IMG/VR virus record: IMGVR_UViG_3300010885_044958
Span: 1 to 64,000 of that record
DNA length: 64,000 bases
Reading direction: 5' to 3' (one strand)
DNA from: a virus
Shown: piece after piece, positions 30,701 through 39,523 of the stretch
How positions within the stretch are numbered: position 1 is the first letter of the stretch
Layout: the number at the start of each line of letters is the position of its first letter
Notes under the pieces: generated by a model
The model's input: only the letters and a program-made list of their open reading frames with translations
Told to the model about the DNA's origin: nothing
The model's database searches: none
Translations under genes and position numbers: made by a program

Positions 30701-33700
30701 GAAATCAAGGCAATAGATAAAGATTACAAATGGAAAGAAAGAGTTTATGATGAACAAACTAAATCTTATCATTACGAAGATAGAGTAGGTATGGGTATGT
30801 CTGCGGATTTACTAGTATTTACTCCAGATGATGTTTGTCATATATTTGATTATAAATCAACTAGTGAATTAGAAAAGAAGAAAGAAATACCTCAATGGAA
30901 AATTGTAGCAATAAATGCGCAATTACCAGAATATGCTAGAATTCTTAAGAAAGAATACGGTATACAGAAATTTGGTATGATGCGCGCAATTCCTATAAAT
31001 CTTTATTATGCTATAAAACCAACTGGAAAAGTTGTAGAAGGCAAAAAAGAATGGACTAAAACACTTATAAACGCAGCAGTAGGAAATGCAACTGGAGTAA
31101 ATAAACCAAAAACAGATTATTTAGATTTTATCCCAGTAGACCAAGAAGCTGCAAAAGACAAAAGAATAGATGAACTAGATAAAAAACTAAAGGCATTAGA
31201 AGAATCATTAGGCTCTACTAGAACTTCAGATATAAACAAACAAGAAGAACTACATCAGCAAGTATTAAAACTTAGAAAAGCTAGATACAACCTAAAACTT
31301 TTACAAGACAGCAACAATTTTAAAGCTCAGGTAGAAAAAACTATTGCTTTTGCACAAGAATATTTTGCACAAGCTCAAAATAATCTTTTAAATCTCACAC
31401 CAATAGATAGACACAATCTTAAATCTAAATTACAGATTTTTGGTAATCTCACTACATCTTTTGCAGATGGTATGAAAAATTTAAAAGAAATCATTTCTGA
31501 TAAAGATTCAACAGAACAGCAAAAGAAAGAAGCTAAAGATTTACGTGATTCTTTGTTAGAATTCTCTAGTGATGCAATAGATCTTTTAAAAACTTTTGAT
31601 GAAACAGCTATAGAAACTACAGATAATTTGATAGTTAAGAATATTGGTATGCGTCCAGACATAATAGAAAAAGAAATAACTGGAATGCAACATACAGTAG
31701 TAACTCAATCAAGATTACCGTTTCAAACACAACAATTACTTTGGAAAGTCATTACTCAAAATAACTCTGAAGTACAAGATGTAATGAAGGGTATAAAAAA
31801 GCAAGTAGAAGACTTAGTAGAAAAATTCCAAAAAATCACTGGCACAAAAGACGGTAAAGCTCTTTATGCAGCAATAGATAAATATTTTTCACCTAAAACA
31901 ACAGTTTATACTAAAGATTTTTGGGATAAAGTAAAAGAGGGTAGAAATCACCAGAATAAAAAAGGTGTTGAACAGCTTAAAAAATTATTTGATTTTGATC
32001 AAGTTGCTTACGATGCTGCTTACGATAAGTTTAAACAAAATATAGAAAATAGTGTATTATCTGCGGCAGAAAAGAAAAAACGCATTGAAAACTATAAAAA
32101 AAGATTTAATGTAAAATCTGGTGGCACTAACAGATACGCTTGGCAAAATAAAAGAAACTTTTTTTTAAAACCAAAAGCAGAATTTAAAAGCAAAGAGTAT
32201 AATATAATTAATGATAATCCAGAAATAAAAGAAATATTTGAAGGCACCTTTAAATTAGTCCATGATAAAGCAGTAGAACTTGGGTTAGTAAAGCCAGGTG
32301 CAAGTATGTTTAAAATATTTGAAGGATTAGAAGCAACAGATGAAGAACTAATAGCTAGAGGAATTCCTAATAAAAAGTCTTTATTAGATAGATTGCGTGT
32401 GCAAGATGAAGAATTAAATCGTATACATGATATAGATCCAATTACTAGTCAGTTAGTTAGACGATTACTTCAACCTAAATTAACTAATGCGGAAGTTTCA
32501 ACTGTAAATCCATTTGAAGGCACATTAAGATTATATGAACAACTACTTCAATATGAAAAGAAAAATCAATCTGAAGGTATGTTGTTGGATTTTATAACTA
32601 AAGAAGAAGCTCGTAAATTATTACATACTAATAAATTTGGCAGGTCTTCTAATAAATTAGGTAAAGAAAATCCTCCAATAGAAAATGTAAAAAACCTTGC
32701 GCTTTTAAAACAAAATATTGATTATTATCTTTACGGATTAGAACCTAATGTAAAAGATAAAGAAATAAACATTCCTTTCTTAGGTACATTTAGTGCTACA
32801 AAATTTGGTGGTGCAATTGTAGATATGTTTACTCTAAGCAAACTTGGTTGGAATCCTAAATCAGGTTTATCAAACGCTGTGGGTGGTTTAATACAGGCAC
32901 ATTCTAGATATGGGAAATTGCTTTTAAAAGCATGTGAGTTACTACTCAGACGAGATATAAAGTTACTTGATTTGATGGATTACTTTAATTATAAATTAGG
33001 GGAACATGCTGCTTTAGAACAATTAGATTTAACGGGTATTCCTTTTTATAGAAAAGTCAATATAGATAATATTAAAGATCTATTAATGATTCAAATGCAC
33101 ATAACAGAAAATTTTGTGCAAGCTGCTATTTTTACAGCAGAAGCAATGCGGAATATGTTGAATGAAAAAGGACAAATTGTTACTATTGAAGCCTATGTAA
33201 AAACTAAACCAGAATTTCAAAAACTATTTGACTTAAATACCCCACAAGTTGAAAAAGATAAATTAGAGGCAAAGGCAGACGAAGAAATAGCCGCTTTAAG
33301 AAAAACACACAATATTGCAGCAATTAGTGAAAAAAGCGAAGATGGTTCAATACACTTTACAAATCCTCTAACTGGTAAAGAAGAAGATTTAAATAAAACT
33401 GAAGAGGGCGATCTTAACTCGGAAAAAGTCAAATTTGAAAATAGAGTAAAAGATGAAAGTAAAAATGCACTTGGTACAGCAGATAGTGCAGACAGAACTG
33501 GCTCACACGGTTCGTTCTTAGTAAAACTTATTTCTAATTTTAGAAGGTGGATTACTGATATAATTAAAGCTAAATTTGGGCATATAGAACATAGCGCAAT
33601 TCACGATAAAATGATTGAGGGCTATTGGAGACATTTTGCACATCAGTTTACTAAAGAAGAATTTCTTCCAATGCTAAAACATTTGTTAAATAATTTAACA

Positions 33701-34279
33701 GGTGGTGGATTTACTACTAGCATGAATGAATCTGCAAAAAGACAATATGAAAAATTAAAAGAAAAAGCAACTCAAGAAGGCAATATTTTTGATATTCATG
33801 GCAATCCGTTTGGTGTAACTTACGAGCAATTCGCAATGCACCACAGAGACATGTTAGGTAGAACATTTAGAGATATAGGCGCAATATTAATCACTTTAGC
33901 TCTTTTAACAGCAATAAATGCTATTGCTGCAAATGAAGATGATGCCGATGCAAAATACAGAGATATTTATGTGTCTAGATATTTTCAAAAATTCTACAAC
34001 GAGACAAGCTTTTGGTTTGACCCGCGTGAATTTAAACAATTAATGGGTAATTCTGTACCTGCAATAGGATTGTTTTCAGATTTATATCGTGCAATAGCAA
34101 GTGCTATTAGTTATTCTCATAACTTTTTAACAGGAGATGAAGAAGCTATGGAAAAGAAGCATCCTCTAAAAAATACCTTGAGACTATTCCCTTTTGGTAG
34201 CACTGCAATGGATTTATTATCAATAGACCCAGATATTCGTGAAGCATTGGGTACTAAACCAGGAATAATTAGATTTTAA
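27782..34279 (+). CDS. Giant virion ejection protein with zincin (HExxH) and PD-(D/E)XK nuclease-like domains and a C-terminal TM segment
   Basis: AAIVHEPFH...YAETVA zincin motif. GTLVH..AE / TE / ADLLVF...IFDYKS / QL..YA nuclease motifs. Hydrophobic segment DIGAILITLALLTAINAIAA. Confidence 0.75.
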   Translation: MQACPDKNNPLYQDLEKELGEINALASFHMLGTGEIPSIEKARELLEPKQNIENKGFGVGILNPKYNQLSFAAQKHLGAYLEKSRGLLPPQFFDEGTRKLWVKSSTKKSSKQYNIIDPESGEIIAEKQRLDINQKQSWQDKQTKVANEINDLKTKSEEQKKYGIGEIVLGKRSGVEKDVSVARKVAFLAYLNKPSKERYVRTAANYLYEGAKFSGVNIPVTIIEKMLERFPKEIWDYIIAKKTVEEPTLGALTRGHIPEITSISKISKIKAIEKALGVELLGKEFKTRRSYNNFDDRQWGENIKIDPKNRGKYLSADIREYLEQKGLAKPPISDDEGMRNYAEIHNMTLEQVKELVTPKEQANEDGLYIGTENYDMEMSKFRQNVFNTSKTDVAMHNATTQLKKDISAKLQEKIKSGAIKSGWLETGFHLFDILFNKVGWQELDQAGDPSFHTAFNRLAAIVHEPFHVMHALTYGTEEERAMKNAWDQLYSTKIGREIVDSMELQNSSEHVKYAETVAHLFQAIILPPEYLKNLSPKYKILSDAYAYIQFKLNNPESKEEPLGEETNSSYTEIEKKDALSFFQKFLNWLIKAFNKVAEFFGKELPYLERNVDIEKEHVGEDEKPSKLTPSKDLQTHEKDFVAAMDNLSASIEQLLDIDKNKITTNKSGEFFAGAADFNMGESNIEPTSEQPTLFDNSLPFNEVKDKILTGFTKYTLYPKRIGDIKLKDSYTTKEGKMNKEVAKSMQNWVDGIPEFKSAQIEYSAVENAIRIMPSQKFFPQTGSITGNQYVNPTFETSSGLTPNQNVTPTSEPNYKNTNNLTPESFEKSIDKMKDMQNKIELHDLITDPITGQVREHKYTEELPDGTRFIADGSVTSVVVEKKLKNFGSGLPQDDVDKKIAIIASESGTLVHGYAENVWKNILDKDGKLLPDSEFKEDNEPKPSEGVNYRIYNKIQPFIENFAKTFPEGTRFFTEIKAIDKDYKWKERVYDEQTKSYHYEDRVGMGMSADLLVFTPDDVCHIFDYKSTSELEKKKEIPQWKIVAINAQLPEYARILKKEYGIQKFGMMRAIPINLYYAIKPTGKVVEGKKEWTKTLINAAVGNATGVNKPKTDYLDFIPVDQEAAKDKRIDELDKKLKALEESLGSTRTSDINKQEELHQQVLKLRKARYNLKLLQDSNNFKAQVEKTIAFAQEYFAQAQNNLLNLTPIDRHNLKSKLQIFGNLTTSFADGMKNLKEIISDKDSTEQQKKEAKDLRDSLLEFSSDAIDLLKTFDETAIETTDNLIVKNIGMRPDIIEKEITGMQHTVVTQSRLPFQTQQLLWKVITQNNSEVQDVMKGIKKQVEDLVEKFQKITGTKDGKALYAAIDKYFSPKTTVYTKDFWDKVKEGRNHQNKKGVEQLKKLFDFDQVAYDAAYDKFKQNIENSVLSAAEKKKRIENYKKRFNVKSGGTNRYAWQNKRNFFLKPKAEFKSKEYNIINDNPEIKEIFEGTFKLVHDKAVELGLVKPGASMFKIFEGLEATDEELIARGIPNKKSLLDRLRVQDEELNRIHDIDPITSQLVRRLLQPKLTNAEVSTVNPFEGTLRLYEQLLQYEKKNQSEGMLLDFITKEEARKLLHTNKFGRSSNKLGKENPPIENVKNLALLKQNIDYYLYGLEPNVKDKEINIPFLGTFSATKFGGAIVDMFTLSKLGWNPKSGLSNAVGGLIQAHSRYGKLLLKACELLLRRDIKLLDLMDYFNYKLGEHAALEQLDLTGIPFYRKVNIDNIKDLLMIQMHITENFVQAAIFTAEAMRNMLNEKGQIVTIEAYVKTKPEFQKLFDLNTPQVEKDKLEAKADEEIAALRKTHNIAAISEKSEDGSIHFTNPLTGKEEDLNKTEEGDLNSEKVKFENRVKDESKNALGTADSADRTGSHGSFLVKLISNFRRWITDIIKAKFGHIEHSAIHDKMIEGYWRHFAHQFTKEEFLPMLKHLLNNLTGGGFTTSMNESAKRQYEKLKEKATQEGNIFDIHGNPFGVTYEQFAMHHRDMLGRTFRDIGAILITLALLTAINAIAANEDDADAKYRDIYVSRYFQKFYNETSFWFDPREFKQLMGNSVPAIGLFSDLYRAIASAISYSHNFLTGDEEAMEKKHPLKNTLRLFPFGSTAMDLLSIDPDIREALGTKPGIIRF

Positions 34280-34311
34280 TTTGTTTATTTCAGAATAATT
34301 CTTTATCTTTG
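34280..34311 (+). promoter_or_regulatory. Bacteroidota housekeeping-sigma promoter (-33 TTTG / -7 TAnnTTTG)
   Basis: TTTG 34280-34283, 20-nt spacer, TATCTTTG 34304-34311. Confidence 0.75.
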
Positions 34312-34332
34312 TGTCTTAAAACCAATAATAAT

Positions 34333-34761
34333 ATGACTGATTACAAGACAATGTTTCTTACTAAGGCAACACAACGACTTAGAGATGGTGGATCAATGGC
34401 AACATTTCGACTTATTCCACTAACTGCCGATGCCCCGTTTTTGGCAGGAGAATTTGATACTACTCGAAATGTTCTAGTACTTTTATCTAAAGAAAAAAAG
34501 GGTGAATTGCAATCTATCCCTGCAATAACCGAAGCAGGAGATTATAAAGTGACAAAGACAAACAAACCTGTAATTGAAAGGCGAACTATCGACGAGTGGT
34601 TTGAAATTCACGTGGATAATATAGAGTCAATAGTTTCTTTTATTAAAACTATAGCTGTAAATGGAGATGATTCGAGCATCTATATGCCGTATCTCAGCCA
34701 GATCATACCGACTGTAAAAGGTGAAATGGAAAAGCCCAAGTCTTTAATCCTCGAAGCCTAA
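34333..34761 (+). CDS. Hypothetical phage protein
   Basis: ORF 34309..34761. The ATG at 34333 is preferred because the promoter overlaps the listed start. Confidence 0.65.
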   Translation: MTDYKTMFLTKATQRLRDGGSMATFRLIPLTADAPFLAGEFDTTRNVLVLLSKEKKGELQSIPAITEAGDYKVTKTNKPVIERRTIDEWFEIHVDNIESIVSFIKTIAVNGDDSSIYMPYLSQIIPTVKGEMEKPKSLILEA

Positions 34762-34785
34762 ATAATTACCCCTTCCTCTAGATTA

Positions 34786-34818
34786 GTACCATTAGAGCAA
34801 TCTTTTGGTACTTTTTTA
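34786..34818 (+). terminator. Intrinsic terminator
   Basis: AGTACCA...TGGTACT stem followed by a T-run. Confidence 0.65.
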
Positions 34819-34845
34819 TGTCCTTAAAAATGCTTATATTTTAGT

Positions 34846-35508
34846 ATGAAATACTTAGTAATAGTTCTTGGGATAATTATATTATTGCTTTGTGGAGTAA
34901 TTATATATAAAAATCATCAATATAATAAATTGCAAGTGCAAACTACTGAAAAGCCAATTTTTGCGCCAGTTTTGCAAAAATCTGATAAAAATGGCAATAA
35001 TTATGTAGAAATTAAGCAAACACTTTATACTCAAGACCAAATGAATAAAGTCACGGATAGCCTTAGACGTGTTTATAAATCTGGAAAAATCGTTGGGCAA
35101 GTACAAATAGTTACAAAACTAGATACAATTTCCCAGATTATACCAATTTATATCCATGATACTTTAATTACTGTTGTAGACAGCAACAGGTATATAAAAC
35201 AATCATTTCAAGGCAATCTAAACACTAATTCAGGGCAATTTCACTTAGATCTTACTAACGATACAATGACCTATATAGATGCCGTTAAGTACCGTATATT
35301 TAAGGCAAATGAGCATAATATTATCATAAATCATAGCAACCCGTATTTATCTACGATTTCTGGCAATGCAATAAAACTAAAAGAAAAAAAAGTTCAAGCG
35401 GTTTTTGGTCCATATTTTGGATTTGGCTACTCACCTATGAGTAACAGATTAGAACCAACTTTAGGGTTATCATTAACATATAATTTAATTTCAATTTATA
35501 AAAAATAA
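34846..35508 (+). CDS. Membrane-anchored protein, candidate spanin-like lysis protein
   Basis: N-terminal TM helix and a C-terminal amphipathic beta-hairpin FGPYFGFGY...TLGLSLTYNL. Confidence 0.55.
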   Translation: MKYLVIVLGIIILLLCGVIIYKNHQYNKLQVQTTEKPIFAPVLQKSDKNGNNYVEIKQTLYTQDQMNKVTDSLRRVYKSGKIVGQVQIVTKLDTISQIIPIYIHDTLITVVDSNRYIKQSFQGNLNTNSGQFHLDLTNDTMTYIDAVKYRIFKANEHNIIINHSNPYLSTISGNAIKLKEKKVQAVFGPYFGFGYSPMSNRLEPTLGLSLTYNLISIYKK

Positions 35509-35511
35509 ATC

Positions 35512-35916
35512 ATGGCGTATCAAATACCAAAATCAACAATCTCTACCCCAGACCTAGACTATTATGCGTCTATGCTCTTTCAGTTACCTACTAAAGTACA
35601 GTTTTGTCATCATTCTACAACATCTTACGCAAGTCATAAAGCCTTGGATAAAACTTATGATGCATTAAATGACCTAAAAGATTCAATTATAGAAAAACTA
35701 ATAGGTTGCATGGGACATAGATATAAAAATCTTAATATGATTTCGTTATCAAGTTATTATGAAGGAATGAATATGCAAGTAGCTGAGGAAATTTGCCAAT
35801 TTGCCAAAAAATTAATGGATTGGTCAGATAAAAACGGTTATTCTGATATAAATAATCTAAGTCAAGAGTATCTCGGAGTGGGATCACAATTGAAATATTT
35901 ACTTACTTTATCCTAG
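35512..35916 (+). CDS. Ferritin/Dps-like protein (DUF5856-type)
   Basis: H..T.SYA.HKAL...YD.L....D..IE...G and C-terminal KYLLTL. Confidence 0.75.
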   Translation: MAYQIPKSTISTPDLDYYASMLFQLPTKVQFCHHSTTSYASHKALDKTYDALNDLKDSIIEKLIGCMGHRYKNLNMISLSSYYEGMNMQVAEEICQFAKKLMDWSDKNGYSDINNLSQEYLGVGSQLKYLLTLS

Positions 35917-35918
35917 CA

Positions 35919-35950
35919 TTTGGAAATACCAAATTAATTCGTTATATTTT
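35919..35950 (+). promoter_or_regulatory. Promoter TTTGG-N-TATATTTT
   Basis: TTTG 35919-35922, 20-nt spacer, TATATTTT 35943-35950. Shares TTTGGAAATACCA with the element at 36423. Confidence 0.6.
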
Positions 35951-35972
35951 ATTATCTAAATAAATACTAACA

Positions 35973-36296
35973 ATGGCTAATCATGAATGTTTAAGGTACT
36001 TCACTCCTAAAGATCCGTCAGGCTGGCCTACATGCGGCCAGATGCAAGGTTTTACAAATAACGTGGCTTTACCTTGTTTAAACAAGGGTTGTGACTTTAT
36101 TGAGTTACCTGCAAAACAAATGACTATTCCAACTGGAAATAAACGCTGTTTTCACCCTCTAGGGTTGCGCTATTTCTACAGAGTTTTAAGAACTACACCA
36201 GTAACTATACAGCCAAATTCATTGGTTTGCGCCTATGATTTTCCAAAAACTCCAAATGACTGCCAATGGTTGGAGTGGTATAAAATATGTATGTAA
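35973..36296 (+). CDS. Small Cys-rich protein with a duplicated LRYF motif
   Basis: 107 aa with 8 Cys. LRYFTP and LRYFYR halves. Confidence 0.65.
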   Translation: MANHECLRYFTPKDPSGWPTCGQMQGFTNNVALPCLNKGCDFIELPAKQMTIPTGNKRCFHPLGLRYFYRVLRTTPVTIQPNSLVCAYDFPKTPNDCQWLEWYKICM

Positions 36297-36344
36297 ATAA
36301 TTCCCACCACAAATTCTAAGTCTTACTCAAGATTTAAGAATTTA

Positions 36345-36398
36345 AAAAAGATCCAAGCTATCCTTTTAAGGAAATCTGCCTGGATCTTATTTTTTTAT
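36345..36398 (+). terminator. Intrinsic (possibly bidirectional) terminator
   Basis: AAGATCCA...TGGATCTT stem flanked by A-run and T-run. Confidence 0.6.
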
Positions 36399-36422
36399 TC
36401 AAATAAAATGCACTACATTTGA

Positions 36423-36454
36423 TTTGGAAATACCAGAACTTTTACGTATATTTT
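36423..36454 (+). promoter_or_regulatory. Promoter TTTGG-N-TATATTTT
   Basis: TTTG 36423-36426, 20-nt spacer, TATATTTT 36447-36454. Confidence 0.6.
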
Positions 36455-36553
36455 ATTATACAGGTTCTGATACAACCAACAAAGACATTGCCTTATTTAG
36501 ACTTGATTGGTATCAGCTTTCATTTACTATTTAAGGCTTTTTTATTTTATACC

Positions 36554-37090
36554 ATGCCTAAAAAAATTGAAATTGTTGAAGGTAAAAAATTATGTAGTAA
36601 ATGTAAAGAATGGAAAGAATTGGATAAATTCGGTTTAGATAAAGTTAATTTATCTGGTTATGCTTCTAGATGCAAAAAATGTAGGAGTGAGGATGCAAAT
36701 AAAAAATATATTCCTAAAAAACCCAGAGATAGAATAAGGGTTGATCGTGCTACGCAAAATAAAAAATATAAATATTCTAAAGAAAAACTTCAACAATATA
36801 ATTTATATAAAAAATATAAAATTATTCCTGAACAATATCAAGAAATGCTCAATCAACAAAATCATTGTTGTGCAATATGCAAAAAACCTGAAAATTCTAC
36901 TAACTCTACAAATGAATGTAAAGCATTAGCAGTTGATCATGATCATGATACAGGAGAAAATAGAGGACTGCTGTGTCAAAAATGTAATACTGCTTTAGGT
37001 TCTTTCAAAGATTCTATAGAAAATTTAAAAGAAGCCATAAAATATTTGGAATATTGGCAAAACAATAGTAATTTTACAAACAATATATAA
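36554..37090 (+). CDS. Endonuclease VII-family (His-Me finger) nuclease, probably homing-type
   Basis: N-terminal CxxC...CxxC and C-terminal CAIC...LAVDHDHDTG..RGLLCxxCN.ALG. The start is moved to the ATG at 36554, downstream of the promoter. Confidence 0.88.
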   Translation: MPKKIEIVEGKKLCSKCKEWKELDKFGLDKVNLSGYASRCKKCRSEDANKKYIPKKPRDRIRVDRATQNKKYKYSKEKLQQYNLYKKYKIIPEQYQEMLNQQNHCCAICKKPENSTNSTNECKALAVDHDHDTGENRGLLCQKCNTALGSFKDSIENLKEAIKYLEYWQNNSNFTNNI

Positions 37091-37109
37091 AAACTAAATC
37101 AATAAAAAT

Positions 37110-37415
37110 ATGCCAGAACAATTACAAACAATTCCCAAGATTAATGCTGATGCCCAAATTAAGATGACTTTAGATTACAACGATTCAGGTAGTGTAGCTA
37201 CGGCAGTGTATGTGATCAGTAAATTTTGGAAAGACAATAATCCTGAAAAACTTGAAGAACTCAAGAGATTACTTGAAAACAAAGAGCCTATAACCGAGAT
37301 AGAGCATCATACTTTGCTTTGCCTAGACTTGCTCTACAAAAAAATAGTAAAAGCAGCCAAAGATCAAGGCATGACTACAGAAATCGAGTTAAAAGATGCA
37401 TTTTCTACTTTTTAA
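37110..37415 (+). CDS. Hypothetical protein
   Basis: 101-aa ORF, last gene of the + strand block. Confidence 0.65.
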   Translation: MPEQLQTIPKINADAQIKMTLDYNDSGSVATAVYVISKFWKDNNPEKLEELKRLLENKEPITEIEHHTLLCLDLLYKKIVKAAKDQGMTTEIELKDAFSTF

Positions 37416-37669
37416 TCTTCTTCAAAGAAAGATACAATATCTAAAAAATCATTGTCAATTACATCATCTAAAGCTATAGGATCAATTCTTGTAGCTTTTT
37501 TTTGTTCCCCATCCATAAGGACTGAATCACTAAAAGCTTCATTATCAAAATAGCCCATATCCATTGCGATTAAATTTTCTATTTCTTCTGCAAATTGGTC
37601 ATCGGGCATTTCAAAAAAGAAACTGCTAGGAAAATTTACGACCTTGCCTGTAGGTAAACTGAATTTCAA
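37412..37669 (-). CDS. Small acidic hypothetical protein
   Basis: 85 aa, D/E-rich, with its own promoter upstream. Confidence 0.6.
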   Translation of the reverse strand: MKFSLPTGKVVNFPSSFFFEMPDDQFAEEIENLIAMDMGYFDNEAFSDSVLMDGEQKKATRIDPIALDDVIDNDFLDIVSFFEED

Positions 37670-37691
37670 TTTGTGTATTGTTTAGTTACTA

Positions 37692-37722
37692 CAAATATAC
37701 GAATTTCTGAATACTAACCAAA
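37692..37722 (-). promoter_or_regulatory. Bacteroidota-type promoter
   Basis: Minus strand TTTG (37719-37722), 19-nt spacer, TATATTTG (37692-37699). Confidence 0.7.
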
Positions 37723-38007
37723 TGCCTCGGTTTCTTGAAATTTTAAAGCTTTTACTGCATTTATAGATTCTCGTCCTGCTTTGTTGTGGTAGAGTATCTT
37801 TATAATAAGATCTAATTGAGAATTTCCCATTTTCTCAATTTTAGATGCATCCTTCTCACAAAATTTTCTGTATTCTCCTAATTGATGCTTAAACTGTTTA
37901 TTTTCAGATTTAATTCTAGTATTTTCAGCCTTTAACTGAACAAACTTGTCCAACAAATCATAATAGAGATCTTCTCTTAATTCTTTTACTTTAGATTCTG
38001 TATACAT
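37714..38007 (-). CDS. Hypothetical coiled-coil protein
   Basis: 97-aa ORF in a tightly packed operon. Confidence 0.6.
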   Translation of the reverse strand: MYTESKVKELREDLYYDLLDKFVQLKAENTRIKSENKQFKHQLGEYRKFCEKDASKIEKMGNSQLDLIIKILYHNKAGRESINAVKALKFQETEAFG

Positions 38008-38008
38008 A

Positions 38009-38431
38009 TTAAGTATCTTTTATATTCCATAACATTTCATTCTGTTTTTCTTGCATTTTATCTCCAAGATCTGCCCACAATCCAATTTCTTTTACTGTTG
38101 TAAATCCAGGTTGATAACCCACATCTCCATGTCTTACCATGCAACAACCTTCTTCTTTACCTATAAATTCACCTCTTCGCCATGCATTACATAACTCAGA
38201 CATTGTAGGATATTTAAGAATTGGCTTTTCTTCTATTACATAGTAACAAAATTTAATACATTCTTCTAGAGTTGGTTTATTTACATGTTGCGTTGCCACT
38301 GTAAAAATTTGCCAACTACCATCTCTTTGTTTTTCAAATTTTGGTTCATGTTCTTTTATGAATTCTAATAATTTATTTTTTCTGGTTGCCATATAAATAA
38401 TCTGTAGCTTCTTTTCTTCCTTCTGGGTCAC
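38009..38431 (-). CDS. Hypothetical protein
   Basis: 140-aa ORF, start uncertain. Confidence 0.55.
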   Translation of the reverse strand: MTQKEEKKLQIIYMATRKNKLLEFIKEHEPKFEKQRDGSWQIFTVATQHVNKPTLEECIKFCYYVIEEKPILKYPTMSELCNAWRRGEFIGKEEGCCMVRHGDVGYQPGFTTVKEIGLWADLGDKMQEKQNEMLWNIKDT

Positions 38432-38834
38432 TAACCCATTCTGTCATACCAACTAACCTACATTCTTTAGGTATTCTTTGTACAGGGGTACCTCTTTCAG
38501 TAGTTCTACCAAATGCAACTACCGGACTGCAAACTAGATATTTTAGAATTTGTATTACTGTCCAAGGTTTTTTCATTACATAATTTGTACTATTTGGTGG
38601 AATTCCAATACCCCAGTAATATAATTTTTCTTTATTATTATTTACATTTTCTCGTTCTTCAAATTTTACCCAAAGATAATCCTCACTACCAAATATTCCA
38701 GTTGGTGCTTCGTGATAAAACGGATCATTAAATTCTACTTTACCTATTAAAATCCAATTTTCTGTAAATCTGTCGCGCATCATTTGAAGATATTCTTCTT
38801 CATTTTCTGGTCTTTTATATTTCTTATCTTCCAT
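38373..38834 (-). CDS. Hypothetical protein
   Basis: 153-aa ORF. Confidence 0.6.
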   Translation of the reverse strand: MEDKKYKRPENEEEYLQMMRDRFTENWILIGKVEFNDPFYHEAPTGIFGSEDYLWVKFEERENVNNNKEKLYYWGIGIPPNSTNYVMKKPWTVIQILKYLVCSPVVAFGRTTERGTPVQRIPKECRLVGMTEWVSDPEGRKEATDYLYGNQKK

Positions 38835-38843
38835 ATAAACATT

Positions 38844-39278
38844 TTACTTTTCATACTCCCAATTTTGCTGGTACGCAGATAACTCCTGCCCACATAACTT
38901 GTAATAATCATTAACCATTTGAATTATAGAATTATTCCCTTGCATATTTAAGCCATGTACTACTACTTGATTTAGAAAAATCTTATTAGCAATTGCAAAC
39001 TCAATGAGAGCTTTGGACACATGGAGGCCGGTATCAGCCTTAAACATTTCATATTCTATCTTTCTTCCGGCAGGTCTACGAAGTTCTAAAGAAATGTGTT
39101 CATCCGTTAAATCGTGATTTATTGATACTAGCTTGGGCATCTCACCATGCGTTTTATAAAAGTCTACCAAACCCATTTTAAAATTTTCTAGGTTCGGCAA
39201 ATATAACCACGTACTCAGATTCTTCGGTAAAATAGGAAGCTTTTTACTTCCATCAATATAGAAACCAATTGTGTTCAT
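38844..39278 (-). CDS. Cyclic-phosphate-processing receiver-like domain protein (divergent)
   Basis: FYID...P, S.NHDL, TG....., VH..N..G pattern. Confidence 0.6.
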   Translation of the reverse strand: MNTIGFYIDGSKKLPILPKNLSTWLYLPNLENFKMGLVDFYKTHGEMPKLVSINHDLTDEHISLELRRPAGRKIEYEMFKADTGLHVSKALIEFAIANKIFLNQVVVHGLNMQGNNSIIQMVNDYYKLCGQELSAYQQNWEYEK

Positions 39279-39523
39279 ATTTTCTTAGATTTTAATTTCT
39301 CTTGTGCCCACGGCTCATTAACGTCTGACGAATGCACTGTGAATTGATAAGGCTCTTTATTTCTTTCATCTATTATATCTTGCATTTCATCTTCTACTTT
39401 AGACTTCAAATCACGATTTAAAAATGCTTGAAATTCTGGCGTATAAGTCGCACTTCCAGTCATACTAGTAGCTATTTTAACAAGATGTTTTGTATATTCG
39501 TCTCCTTCTTGTGTTATATTCAT
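39275..39523 (-). CDS. Hypothetical protein
   Basis: 82-aa ORF with ATGA overlaps on both sides. Confidence 0.6.
   Translation of the reverse strand: MNITQEGDEYTKHLVKIATSMTGSATYTPEFQAFLNRDLKSKVEDEMQDIIDERNKEPYQFTVHSSDVNEPWAQEKLKSKKI

Noticed and set aside
8-33432. Short minus-strand and alternate-frame ORFs overlapping the large + genes (e.g. 8..274, 3450..3860, 14755..14982, 31375..31662)
   Set aside because: They are antisense or frame shadows of long coding genes, with no motifs or independent expression signals.
18806-34279. Inteins or introns in the giant genes
   Set aside because: No intein C/S...HN-C/S/T junctions or LAGLIDADG motifs were recognised, and the frames are continuous.
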